DNA of 64,000 nt, from the sequence record LC473039.1; one strand, written 5' to 3'. Position 1 is the stretch's first letter, and each line of letters begins with the position of its first letter. The stretch is from Escherichia phage L27. Both the position numbers and the translations under genes were made by a program. Positions 9,408-18,690 of the stretch are shown here, piece by piece. The notes under the pieces were generated by a model that saw only the letters and a program-made list of their open reading frames with translations, had not been told where the DNA came from and ran no database searches.

Positions 9408-11189
9408 ATGACTAAATCACTTTATGCAGTACCAGCAGGTCTTAATGCAGATGCTTACAAGGCATCACATGTATATCAGTATCCAGATGCTACGCAATAT
9501 CTTATGTTGAACCTGACACCACGTAGTGATAAATGGTTTAACAGTCCTTTAGCAATTGACGGTGTAGTGGCTTTTGGTATTCAACGTTTTGTTAAAGATT
9601 ACTTAATAGACCACTGGAATGCCACTTTCTTTGAACGTGATAAAAAAGAAGCAATTGACGAAATCTTAGAAGTCATGAACGGTGTTCTGGGTAAAGATTC
9701 TATCGGTCGAGAGCATTGGGAAGCACTTCACGACTTAGGTTATCTACCAGTTGAAGTATACGCTGTAGAAGAAGGTACAGTTGTCCCGATGCGTGTCCCG
9801 ATGATTGTCTTTCAGAACACTGTTTCAGGTTTCCATTGGGTAGCAGGATATCTGGAAGATGCTTTCTCTGCTGAGATTTGGAAGGCTTGTACCATTGCAA
9901 CTATTGCATTGCACTACAAACGTATCTGTAAGAAGTGGTCTGACCTTACTTGTGACAACGACTTGCATTTGCCTTATCAGTGTCATGACTTTGCTATGCG
10001 TGGTATGTCCGGCTTTACTGATGACGCATTTAACGCTGTAGGTCACTTAACCAGCTTTAAAGGAACTGATAGCTTCCCTGCTGTATACACGGCTAAACGC
10101 ATCTATGGGCAGTCTTACCCAATCTCTGATATTGGTAGCTCTGTACCAGCCACTGAACACTCTGTAATGTGTGCAAACATTGCTTGGGAAGGCGGTAATG
10201 AATTGATTGAAGAAGAAAGACGATTTAAAGGTGAGTTGCAAACCTTCCGTCGTTTCTTAACAGAAACTTACCCAACTGGTATTGCAAGTATTGTTTCAGA
10301 TACTTATAACTTCTGGAGAACTGTGTCAGAAATCTTACCAGCACTCCGTAAAGAAATTATGGAACGTGATGGTAAACTGGTAATTCGCCCTGACTCTGGA
10401 GACCCTGTACATATTGTCACAGGTTATAAAGCAATCCACTTAGAGTGTGCTAAAAAGGCTTATTACGAGCACCTAAGCAAGCTGGAAGCCAGTGACACAA
10501 TGTTGAATGCTGTTCTGAACATGAAGCTTGAAAACATCAACTATGGTATTGCTGGATGGCTACTGTCAGAAGGCTACGAAATGGTTGTTGACAGAGAAGA
10601 CTTTGAAGTTGCTGACACAGTGATGTTGAAAAATGCTTATATGGTTGGTTCTGCAAACGTTGTAACACGTCCTGTAGCTGAGATTGATGGAGCTATTAAG
10701 ACACTGTACAACATCTTTGGGGGAACTATTAACTCTAAAGGGTTTAAGGTACTGGATGAGCACATCGGTCTTATCTATGGTGACTCTATCACGCTGGAAC
10801 GTGCAAACGAAATCCTGAAGCGTTTGTATGAAATGGGTTTTGCAAGCTCTAACGTAGTGTTTGGTGTAGGCTCTTACACTTACCAGTACATGACTCGTGA
10901 CACCTTTGCATTTGCTGTCAAAGCAACTCTTGCAAGCATTGGTGGTAAAGAGATTATGCTTGCAAAAGACCCTAAAACAGATAGTGGTGTTAAGAAATCT
11001 GCCTTTGGTGGTGTAGCACCTATGTGGGATGGTGATAAGCTGAAAGCTGTAGATGGCTATGGATTCCAGAGTTTTGCAGACGTACTTGACCACCCAGCTT
11101 GTGCTTTACGTTTAGTCTTTAGCGACTCTGAGCAGTTCGGTTACACAACTCTTGGTGATATTCGAAACAATATTGACAAGCAGCTTTAA
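9408..11189 (+). CDS. nicotinamide phosphoribosyltransferase (NAMPT/NadV)-like enzyme; candidate nicotinamide ADP-ribose transferase (Namat)
   Basis: 593 aa; NAMPT-like core (FGVGSYTYQYMTRDTFAFAVK, GLIYGDSIT); immediately downstream of Prs-like gene. Confidence 0.75.
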   Translation: MTKSLYAVPAGLNADAYKASHVYQYPDATQYLMLNLTPRSDKWFNSPLAIDGVVAFGIQRFVKDYLIDHWNATFFERDKKEAIDEILEVMNGVLGKDSIGREHWEALHDLGYLPVEVYAVEEGTVVPMRVPMIVFQNTVSGFHWVAGYLEDAFSAEIWKACTIATIALHYKRICKKWSDLTCDNDLHLPYQCHDFAMRGMSGFTDDAFNAVGHLTSFKGTDSFPAVYTAKRIYGQSYPISDIGSSVPATEHSVMCANIAWEGGNELIEEERRFKGELQTFRRFLTETYPTGIASIVSDTYNFWRTVSEILPALRKEIMERDGKLVIRPDSGDPVHIVTGYKAIHLECAKKAYYEHLSKLEASDTMLNAVLNMKLENINYGIAGWLLSEGYEMVVDREDFEVADTVMLKNAYMVGSANVVTRPVAEIDGAIKTLYNIFGGTINSKGFKVLDEHIGLIYGDSITLERANEILKRLYEMGFASSNVVFGVGSYTYQYMTRDTFAFAVKATLASIGGKEIMLAKDPKTDSGVKKSAFGGVAPMWDGDKLKAVDGYGFQSFADVLDHPACALRLVFSDSEQFGYTTLGDIRNNIDKQL

Positions 11190-11203
11190 AAGTATATGAT
11201 AAG

Positions 11204-11227
11204 AGGCTCCTACGGGAGCCTTTTTAA
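11204..11227 (+). terminator. Rho-independent terminator (GGCTCC-TACG-GGAGCC + T run)
   Basis: Perfect hairpin + TTTTT. Confidence 0.7.
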
Positions 11228-11242
11228 TTTCTGGAGAAGATT

Positions 11243-11578
11243 ATGAAAATCAAAGAGATGAACATCAACATTGTCTTAGAAGAACGTTGGGAGAACATCA
11301 AGAAGCCTGAAAATGGTCATAAGTTCCTCAACAAAATCTTAGTAGCAGCTAAAGAAGAACTGACTGGCAAGGTTGCAGCAGCAATCACAATAAAGGTCTG
11401 TGTAAAAGGTCTTCCAGACAATCACCAATTTGCACTTGACGAGTTTAAAGAGAGCTTCTACAATCCAAACAAACAGATGCTTGAAAGTAACTTTGCAGTA
11501 TCTACAAGTATCGTTCATGACAGAAGCTTTATCCTTTACAAAAATATGAGAGGTGAGTCATGCAAGCATATTGGATAG
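11243..11578 (+). CDS. hypothetical protein
   Basis: 111 aa ORF with RBS GGAGAAGA. Confidence 0.5.
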   Translation: MKIKEMNINIVLEERWENIKKPENGHKFLNKILVAAKEELTGKVAAAITIKVCVKGLPDNHQFALDEFKESFYNPNKQMLESNFAVSTSIVHDRSFILYKNMRGESCKHIG

Positions 11579-11736
11579 AAATTTTACTGTCACTTGGTAG
11601 TGTAGCAGTGTTCGTTTACCTTCTTTGCAAGTACTATGCAGAACACAAAAAATGTGACTTCTGTAATGGGGAAGGGTATACAAGAGCAGGTTGTTGCCCT
11701 ATGTGTGGCGGTTCTGGTAAAATGTTTAATAAGTAA
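11560..11736 (+). CDS. small membrane protein with CxxC-x11-CxxC zinc-ribbon tail (not in ORF track, 58 aa)
   Basis: ATG 11560 behind GAGGTGAG; N-terminal TM helix then CDFCNGEGYTRAGCCPMCGGSG. Confidence 0.4.
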   Translation: MQAYWIEILLSLGSVAVFVYLLCKYYAEHKKCDFCNGEGYTRAGCCPMCGGSGKMFNK

Positions 11737-11764
11737 TTTAACAGTAAACTAAGAGGAAAGTATT

Positions 11765-14131
11765 ATGCGCATGGTAAATGACCACGCAGAAGTGATTAAG
11801 AGTTCAACTTCTTTGGAGACATCTCAAGCACAGATTACAATGACACCTGAAATGTTCAGTCTTCTGAGTTCTGGTGTATACACGTTTAAAGAGCGAGCAG
11901 TGATTCGTGAACTGTCATGTAACGCAGTAGATGCTCAGAAAGAAGCTGGAAAAGAGAACATCCCATTCCATGTGCATTTACCTACTCGTTTTGAGCCTTA
12001 CTTCGAAGTTCGTGATTTTGGAACTGGATTGACTCATGATAAAGTTATGAGTTTGTACCTAAACTACGGCGCTTCTACGAAGAATGACTCTAATGATTAC
12101 ATTGGTGCAATGGGTATCGGTTCAAAGTCACCGTTTGCAATTGCTCAGTCATTCACAGTGTCGAGCTACGTTGATGGTGTTGTTAATAAATACTCTGTTT
12201 ATCTTGAGAATGGTATACCTCAAGTAACTAAGCTGACAACTAACCCAACAAAAGAACCTAATGGTTTAGCTGTACGTGTGGCAGTTGCTGACCACCGTAT
12301 CTCAAAGTTCTTTGAAGAAGCTGGGAATGTGTACTCATACTTTGCTGTAAAACCAGAAAGCAATATTGTATATGATGACGTGTTAGCAGATATGAACGTC
12401 ATTGCTCGTGAAGAAGGTGTTTATGACGCTATGATTCACAAGCAAAGCTGGCGTTCTAGTGGCAACAGGACAGAGTTTAATGTGGTGATGGGCAATATTG
12501 CCTATCCAGTTAATATGGAGGCATTACTTGGTGATGATTTCTTCAAAGTGTTGCCAGAATTTTTCCGTAGGAGCGTAGACCTTGTAAACATCTACATGCC
12601 TATTGGTGCAGTTGCTATTGCAGCTTCTCGTGAAGCATTGCAGATGAATGATACGACAAAAAATGTTATCATCGAGGCTACCAAAAAGATAACTGAAGCA
12701 ATTACAAAGGATGTTATCAAGAAAGTTAATAGCCAACCTACACTCATGGATGCTGCACAGGCTTATGCAGAGCTACGTTTGAACTCACGAGAAATGTTTA
12801 ACGCTGTGTGTCCAAAGCTAGAGTGGGGAGGTGTCAAGCTTGACTCTTTGGAAGAAGAATTGCTAAACATTCGTCGTGGGATTATCTACGCAGAAGACGG
12901 CTCAGTCATTTATGAACGTGACGGTAAAGGTAATATTAAGGTTGATAGGAACGGAAACAACATCCCTAAAGTAGATTATCTTTATAACCCAGTTGCTTAT
13001 GTCAAGTTCAACTCTTTAGAGAGTAAGATTCGTGCAACAGCACTTTCCTACACTCAAGAGGCAAGTATGTTCAATATCTTTGGCGCAATGCGTAAAAGCC
13101 AAATTGAACAGTTTTTGTTCGTGATTAATGACCGTCGCAATAAAAACGGTACTGAGAAGACTGTAGGCCGCAATCAGATTCTGCGTGGTGCATGTCGAGA
13201 CTACGCTAACGAGTCAAGTCTGTTCCACAGATACAATGGTATTGTGTTTGTATTCTCAACTGAAAAAGAGTTGGATGATTTAATCAATCTACACAAACTT
13301 GATAAAAGCTTGTTAAAGATTGTGAAGATGTCTGATAAGGAACATCACTATCAGCGTAAAGAAGCTGTAAGAGGTGTTGTAAAACTCTGGAAAGCTGTTC
13401 CAGCAGAAGGTGTAGCTTCCTATAAAGAGGTTTCAGAGGACTTTGATACAATTGAAGAACCTCAGCTTTACATTAAGGCAGTTGGTGACACAGTTGATGG
13501 CGAATGTTTTTGCTCATCTCCAGAAGATGTAGCCAAGTCAGTTGCTAATGTTACAGGGAAGACAGTCTATGTTTTCCGAAAAGCAAATTGGAAAAAGATA
13601 CCAGAAGACTGGATTGAAGTAGATGAGAAACTCTTGAACGACAGCTTAACTGATGTTCATTGGATTAATCATAACAGGTATATGACACGTATCTGTATGC
13701 GTGGTGTCCTTAACCTTACAAGCTGTTGGATTATTACCAGAAACTTTACGTTCAATAACAGGAAGATTTCTGATGGTTATTGCTATTCACGGGACACAAA
13801 CAAAACTATCTTCCTAGAAGGTAATGAAGATGCTGTTGAGGCAATGTTCGGTAAAATCCAATACGTTGCTGCACAATTTGCATACACTTACACTATTAGT
13901 GTGTTGCAAGATTTGAAAAGGTGTCTTGATAATGATACAAAGCTTTACAAGAAAATTAAGAAAGCTGGTGACCGTATGTTTATTAAGGTGACAAACTACT
14001 TCTCAAAAAGAAAACAAGAAAACTTCTTGCTTTCTCATTTAGATTGGAATAAAGTGTCACCCATTGAAGTGAGTAAGTTCTTGGGCTTTGATGTGAAGTG
14101 TGTTCCAGAAGGGACTACAATTTACGATTAA
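11765..14131 (+). CDS. rIIA: rIIA-like protein (GHKL-type ATPase fold N-terminus)
   Basis: N-terminal Bergerat-fold boxes (RELSCNAVDA, RDFGTGL, GAMGIGSKS) as in T4 rIIA; 788 aa; followed by rIIB-sized gene. Confidence 0.75.
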   Translation: MRMVNDHAEVIKSSTSLETSQAQITMTPEMFSLLSSGVYTFKERAVIRELSCNAVDAQKEAGKENIPFHVHLPTRFEPYFEVRDFGTGLTHDKVMSLYLNYGASTKNDSNDYIGAMGIGSKSPFAIAQSFTVSSYVDGVVNKYSVYLENGIPQVTKLTTNPTKEPNGLAVRVAVADHRISKFFEEAGNVYSYFAVKPESNIVYDDVLADMNVIAREEGVYDAMIHKQSWRSSGNRTEFNVVMGNIAYPVNMEALLGDDFFKVLPEFFRRSVDLVNIYMPIGAVAIAASREALQMNDTTKNVIIEATKKITEAITKDVIKKVNSQPTLMDAAQAYAELRLNSREMFNAVCPKLEWGGVKLDSLEEELLNIRRGIIYAEDGSVIYERDGKGNIKVDRNGNNIPKVDYLYNPVAYVKFNSLESKIRATALSYTQEASMFNIFGAMRKSQIEQFLFVINDRRNKNGTEKTVGRNQILRGACRDYANESSLFHRYNGIVFVFSTEKELDDLINLHKLDKSLLKIVKMSDKEHHYQRKEAVRGVVKLWKAVPAEGVASYKEVSEDFDTIEEPQLYIKAVGDTVDGECFCSSPEDVAKSVANVTGKTVYVFRKANWKKIPEDWIEVDEKLLNDSLTDVHWINHNRYMTRICMRGVLNLTSCWIITRNFTFNNRKISDGYCYSRDTNKTIFLEGNEDAVEAMFGKIQYVAAQFAYTYTISVLQDLKRCLDNDTKLYKKIKKAGDRMFIKVTNYFSKRKQENFLLSHLDWNKVSPIEVSKFLGFDVKCVPEGTTIYD

Positions 14132-14142
14132 AGTGTTTGACA

Positions 14143-14162
14143 AGGGGCTTCAAAGCCCCTTA
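14143..14162 (+). terminator. hairpin (GGGGCTT-CA-AAGCCCC), weak T tract
   Basis: Perfect stem, downstream TTAGAAT. Confidence 0.4.
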
Positions 14163-14210
14163 GAATAGCCTCACAAAATGATTTATTAACTAACAAGAGA
14201 GAGTAATAAG

Positions 14211-15320
14211 ATGACTACTAAAACTAAAGCACAGATTGACGCAGAAATTTACAAACTGGTTAAAGAAGGTAAGCTGACTAAAACAGCTATTGCACAGAAA
14301 TTTAACACCTCAACCCGTTCAGTCGGTCGTGCTGTAGAGCGTCATGAAGCAACCTTAAAAGGTAAGAAAAAGGCAACTTCTACACCAGCTACGAAGACTT
14401 TGAAACAAGTTGCTAAGACCTTTAAAAAGAAAGCTAACAAGCCAGTTAAAAAGGCTGTTAACGAGGATGTACAGAAAGCTCCGGTAAATAAACTGCATGA
14501 AGCTATGCAGAATGGCAACCAGATTGAGTACATGATTACTGGCGACTCTGTTATCATGACTTTCGGTGCAGATTCTGAAATCGTTGAATCTACCCATCCG
14601 AACTACAAAGAAATCGTGATGGCTGTTGTATCTGGTGAGTATAAGAAAGCTTTCGAACTGATGAACATTCGTAAGTCTATCGAAAACTTCACTCAGGGTG
14701 CTATCACCATCAAAGGTGACAAGTTATTCTACGGTGCTGTTGAGATGCGTTCTACTCTGGTTGACCGTATTCTTCACATGATGAAGACTGGAGATAAAGG
14801 TTTTGAACGACTTGTGATGTTCTTCGAAAAACCGATGGAAAACCCATCTAAAGACTCTGTAGAACAACTTTGGGGCTTCGTATCCCACCTTGATGTTGAA
14901 ATCGACGAAGAAGGTTACATCATTGGTTGGAAGAAAGTATCTACTCGTGAAGGCAAGTTGGTTGATTCTCATACCTACAGAGTACCCAATGATTTAGGTA
15001 ACGTTGTAGAAATGCCACGTTGGATGGTTGATAATAACCGTAACGTGACTTGCTCTCAAGGTCTTCACGTTGGTGCTTGGGATTATGTTCGTTACTTCTC
15101 AGGTGATACAATTCTGAAGGTTCGTGTCCATCCACGAGATGTTGTATCTGTTCCAACTGATTACAACGATATGAAGATGCGTTCGTCTCGTTATGAAGTT
15201 GCAGCAATCGTTGATAACCAACGTAAAGTGCTGAAAGAATGGGATGGCAAGACTGAAGCTTTGCATGTCATCGTTGGCACTGCTGGAGAACTTATCTCCC
15301 AACGTAAACGTGAAATCTAA
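14211..15320 (+). CDS. rIIB: rIIB-like protein
   Basis: Assigned by size and position immediately after rIIA; no motif recognised with certainty. Confidence 0.55.
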   Translation: MTTKTKAQIDAEIYKLVKEGKLTKTAIAQKFNTSTRSVGRAVERHEATLKGKKKATSTPATKTLKQVAKTFKKKANKPVKKAVNEDVQKAPVNKLHEAMQNGNQIEYMITGDSVIMTFGADSEIVESTHPNYKEIVMAVVSGEYKKAFELMNIRKSIENFTQGAITIKGDKLFYGAVEMRSTLVDRILHMMKTGDKGFERLVMFFEKPMENPSKDSVEQLWGFVSHLDVEIDEEGYIIGWKKVSTREGKLVDSHTYRVPNDLGNVVEMPRWMVDNNRNVTCSQGLHVGAWDYVRYFSGDTILKVRVHPRDVVSVPTDYNDMKMRSSRYEVAAIVDNQRKVLKEWDGKTEALHVIVGTAGELISQRKREI

Positions 15321-15335
15321 TAAGTAATTTCTTAA

Positions 15336-15362
15336 AAGGCTGCTTCGGCGGCCTTTTTTATT
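15336..15362 (+). terminator. Rho-independent terminator
   Basis: AGGCTGC-TTCG-GCGGCCT + TTTTTTATTT. Confidence 0.7.
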
Positions 15363-15420
15363 TGTATTTTGTGCAGAGTGCTGTATAATTGTTGTCACGA
15401 TAAACTAAACAGGAGAACCA

Positions 15421-15969
15421 ATGAAGAAATTGATTCTAGGTTTGTGCTTAATGTTTACAGCACACTTATCTTATGCAGTTGACTGCCCAGAGCTATCAAT
15501 TAGCCAAAAAGTAAACATGTTAAAAGCTTACCAGTATGGTGAGAATAACATGGGTAAGGGTTGGGGTATCACTCTAGCTGCTATAGCCTTACAAGAGTCA
15601 GAGTTAGGTCTGAAGGTAGAGAATAAAAAGACACACGACTATGGTATTTTCCAGAATCACTTGAAGACTGTTGTAAAGCGTAACAAAATTAGCCCTAATG
15701 TGGCTAAAAAGAAACTCTTAAAAGACTTTGACTATGCTGCGAAGGAAACGCACAAAGAGCTTGAGTTTTGGACAAAGGTACATGGTCAGCCAAAGTCAAA
15801 GAAGACTTTACAAAAAGTTTTAGCATCATATAATGCTGGGTATTCGTACAGAATCCCTAAAGCTAAGAAATATTCTCAAGATGTCTATAACAACATGAAA
15901 GTTATTGCTCAATGTGAATTTGCAACAAACATTTCTAAGGTAAACCATGAAAAAATTAAGAAAGTTTGA
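15421..15969 (+). CDS. secreted lytic transglycosylase (SLT domain)
   Basis: Signal peptide MKKLILGLCLMFTAHLSYA; SLT motifs ALQESELG (catalytic E-S), YGIFQ, LASYNAGYS. Confidence 0.65.
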   Translation: MKKLILGLCLMFTAHLSYAVDCPELSISQKVNMLKAYQYGENNMGKGWGITLAAIALQESELGLKVENKKTHDYGIFQNHLKTVVKRNKISPNVAKKKLLKDFDYAAKETHKELEFWTKVHGQPKSKKTLQKVLASYNAGYSYRIPKAKKYSQDVYNNMKVIAQCEFATNISKVNHEKIKKV

Positions 15970-16642
15970 TGAAGTACTGTGTCATGCTTATGACTTACAC
16001 CCTCATGAGTTAGGTCTTGATTCCGGTGTATGGACTCCAGAACAGTGTAGAGATTTTGAAGACACAGCAAGAGAAGTTGTATGTTCACTTGAAGAGTTCC
16101 ACACATCAGAGCCAATTGTGAATGTTGTAGATAAAGAGACTGGACAGATTATAGGTGTAAGGCGTGATAGTTTAGTCATAGTCAATAAAGACCTTGTAGA
16201 AAAAGGTAACCTCATCTTAGCAGATATTGATGGCGTTCTTACAAATTTTAATCACGAAGATTGCTCAACGGAATTGACTGACGGTTCATTTTCACAGTAC
16301 ACTAATCTTCTTGACTCTGTAAGAGCAAAACCAACGTATGTTTTCAATATCATTGATGCAATTGCTAATCATGCTGCCGTTGGACTCTTGACAGCGAGAG
16401 GCGAATCTCAGAGAATACCTACTGAGATGTTTTTAAGGCATAACACAGAGCATGACTACATGCTTTTTATGCGTGGTTTTGGGACTAACTCTATAAGTGC
16501 AGAAAGTTTGAAAGTGAGGATGATTCAGTCTTGCATTCTGCCTTACTTTAATATAGTATGTTTTATAGAAGACACAGAGAAGAATGCGCAGAAGGTGAAC
16601 AGAATCCTTCCACACATCAAAACCATGTTAGTTAAACATTGA
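15947..16642 (+). CDS. HAD-superfamily hydrolase-like protein (possible nucleotidase)
   Basis: Motif ILADIDGVL (DxD), GLLTARGES, FIEDTEKN. Confidence 0.45.
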   Translation: MKKLRKFDEVLCHAYDLHPHELGLDSGVWTPEQCRDFEDTAREVVCSLEEFHTSEPIVNVVDKETGQIIGVRRDSLVIVNKDLVEKGNLILADIDGVLTNFNHEDCSTELTDGSFSQYTNLLDSVRAKPTYVFNIIDAIANHAAVGLLTARGESQRIPTEMFLRHNTEHDYMLFMRGFGTNSISAESLKVRMIQSCILPYFNIVCFIEDTEKNAQKVNRILPHIKTMLVKH

Positions 16643-16652
16643 GAGAAAACTT

Positions 16653-17117
16653 ATGAACAATATCATTACGGTAGCACTGGACGTTACGGCAAACAAATCT
16701 GAAGTAGTTCGCAACATTATCAAGAGCAACTTTGAGGGTAAAATCTTCCGTGCTGTCAATGTAAAAGCAGACGGTAACATCCGGGAGTATCGTGCTCTCT
16801 TAAATGTTAAGAAACACGTAAAAGGTTCTGGCTCAACGACAGCACACAAAGAAAACCTGATGACTATCTATGATATGGGGATGGCTTCAGAATTAGGTGC
16901 TGAAGGTATCGTTAAAGAAGGTGCTCCGTATCGCTCTTTCAATCTGGAAACTGCTCTTATGCTTTCCTTTACAAGTGGTTCTAAAACAACTACTTATCTC
17001 TTTACTGATGCTGCAACGGTATCTGCTATCAAGGATAGCACTGTCAAAGCTGGGGTAGCTGCTGCTGCAAAAGCTTCTTCGATGGCTGCAAATGTCCTTG
17101 CTAAAGTCCTCGGTTAA
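16653..17117 (+). CDS. hypothetical protein
   Basis: 154 aa ORF, followed by terminator. Confidence 0.5.
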   Translation: MNNIITVALDVTANKSEVVRNIIKSNFEGKIFRAVNVKADGNIREYRALLNVKKHVKGSGSTTAHKENLMTIYDMGMASELGAEGIVKEGAPYRSFNLETALMLSFTSGSKTTTYLFTDAATVSAIKDSTVKAGVAAAAKASSMAANVLAKVLG

Positions 17118-17128
17118 GGTTAAGATAC

Positions 17129-17152
17129 AGGCTCCTTCGGGAGCCTTTTTCA
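17129..17152 (+). terminator. Rho-independent terminator (GGCTCC-TTCG-GGAGCC + T run)
   Basis: Perfect hairpin + TTTTT. Confidence 0.7.
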
Positions 17153-17169
17153 TTTCAGGAGATTGTTAA

Positions 17170-17517
17170 ATGACATTTAAAGAGTTCTGTCAAGCTACTT
17201 TCATAATTGTTTTCTTAGTTGGGGCAGGTGTCTGGGGAGGATACTCTTACAGAGACTATCAAGTTGCTGAAACTGAGCTAAACAATCAAAAGCTCATAAG
17301 TGTTGCTAAAGATGCTTATCAGGAAGGATTAGTCACACTGAGCACCAATTACAAAAATGATTTGAAAGATGTGCTTGCTAAGAATAAGCATACAAAAGAG
17401 GTACTAACATATGAAAAAACTAAGCCAGAGTTTTATAATGTTTGTGTTACTGATAACTATGTCAGGGTGTTCAACGAACAAAGTGAACAGTACATTCAAA
17501 AACTCCCAAGTAAGTGA
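17170..17517 (+). CDS. candidate i-spanin (Rz-like, N-terminal TM anchor)
   Basis: Type II membrane topology: N-terminal TM helix then soluble helical domain; o-spanin-like lipoprotein ORF overlaps its 3-prime end. Confidence 0.4.
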   Translation: MTFKEFCQATFIIVFLVGAGVWGGYSYRDYQVAETELNNQKLISVAKDAYQEGLVTLSTNYKNDLKDVLAKNKHTKEVLTYEKTKPEFYNVCVTDNYVRVFNEQSEQYIQKLPSK

Positions 17518-17680
17518 GAGTGATAAGTACACTCAAGAAGAATCACGGTATATCATCAAAGGCAACACAGGCAGCGATGTAGCAGCAGCCCTTGAGTTCT
17601 ATCGTGACGGCTTTTACCAGTGCACAATCAAAGCTAATAACCTTATTGATATGATTTTATTAGGGAATAAGCAGCAATGA
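17411..17680 (+). CDS. candidate o-spanin (Rz1-like outer-membrane lipoprotein)
   Basis: Lipoprotein signal with lipobox ITMSGC; starts inside the previous gene in +1 frame; RBS AAGAGG. Confidence 0.4.
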   Translation: MKKLSQSFIMFVLLITMSGCSTNKVNSTFKNSQVSESDKYTQEESRYIIKGNTGSDVAAALEFYRDGFYQCTIKANNLIDMILLGNKQQ

Positions 17681-17946
17681 CAGAGAATGAAGATACTTTT
17701 TACGTAGAAGGGTACTTACTGTTGCCACGACCAAAAGAAACTTATATGCGAATTGATTTCTTACCAACCATTATGGATAATGTTATGTGTCATATCTTTA
17801 TGCAAGGTGTCACAGCACAGCTTAAGTATGTTGGTAAAGAGTGCAAAATAAAGGTTGACACTCATCCAGAAATCAAAGAGAATCACTACACATGGTTCTT
17901 ACCAGATTCTAAAGAAATCTTAGCAGTTCTTAAAACGAGGAAGTAA
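17677..17946 (+). CDS. hypothetical protein
   Basis: 89 aa ORF, translationally coupled. Confidence 0.5.
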   Translation: MTENEDTFYVEGYLLLPRPKETYMRIDFLPTIMDNVMCHIFMQGVTAQLKYVGKECKIKVDTHPEIKENHYTWFLPDSKEILAVLKTRK

Positions 17947-17948
17947 CT

Positions 17949-18272
17949 ATGCAGATTAATGGAAGAGACTTTGTAGCTGTTTACTACGAGAAAGGTAAAG
18001 AGGTTGGTGTAGCACAAGTAACTTATGGCAATGGTAAGTGGCTATATGGGACAATTGCAGTAGTCGGAACAAGGAGTGATACAAAAACCTTTAAAGATTG
18101 TGTTGACCTTCTTGAAGAATCCATCCATAATCATTGGTGTCTGATATGGATGACTGATAACGAAGTGAAGGAACGTTTCAAAAAGATTGATATCAACATT
18201 GATAGTATTGAGCATGTTGATTTATATGAACTAACCGAAAAGGTAAGCTATGAAAGCTCTAGAGGTAATTGA
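17949..18272 (+). CDS. hypothetical protein
   Basis: 107 aa ORF. Confidence 0.5.
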   Translation: MQINGRDFVAVYYEKGKEVGVAQVTYGNGKWLYGTIAVVGTRSDTKTFKDCVDLLEESIHNHWCLIWMTDNEVKERFKKIDINIDSIEHVDLYELTEKVSYESSRGN

Positions 18273-18477
18273 CAAAGATACTGGAGAAGTCACATCAGCA
18301 TGTGTTTTCGTGAGTCACGACACAGTGATACCATTTTACAACCTCGATAGTTTTAGTTTTACAGGGATAACTCCAGAAGAATACTTTGAAGACCTCACCT
18401 TTGCCAGAATCTCTATAGACACATTCTATAAATGTTTCTATGATGAAGGTAAAGAATTACGAGAAACCGAACTATAA
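18250..18477 (+). CDS. hypothetical protein
   Basis: 75 aa ORF. Confidence 0.45.
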   Translation: MKALEVIDKDTGEVTSACVFVSHDTVIPFYNLDSFSFTGITPEEYFEDLTFARISIDTFYKCFYDEGKELRETEL

Positions 18478-18489
18478 GGTGTATATTAT

Positions 18490-18690
18490 ATGGCTGACTT
18501 CTGCAAAGACTGTTCTATCGAAATGTTCGGACGTGATACAGGTGACTTAAAAGGTCTCGTCACTGAAGATGACTTTAAAGCTGGTTATGCGATTCCAGTA
18601 ATCTGTGAAGGCTGTGGGTGTATCTGGGTAGACCACGAAGGGCAACGTGTAAAGCCTTCAGAAGATAAAGAATCTTGGGAGAGATGTTAA
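18490..18690 (+). CDS. hypothetical Cys-rich small protein
   Basis: CKDCS ... CEGCGC pairs suggest zinc ribbon. Confidence 0.45.
   Translation: MADFCKDCSIEMFGRDTGDLKGLVTEDDFKAGYAIPVICEGCGCIWVDHEGQRVKPSEDKESWERC

Noticed and set aside
10566-11093. 175-aa minus-strand ORF
   Set aside because: Antisense inside the conserved NAMPT-like gene
14342-15398. Several minus-strand ORFs (60-99 aa)
   Set aside because: Antisense to rIIB; no RBS or terminator context
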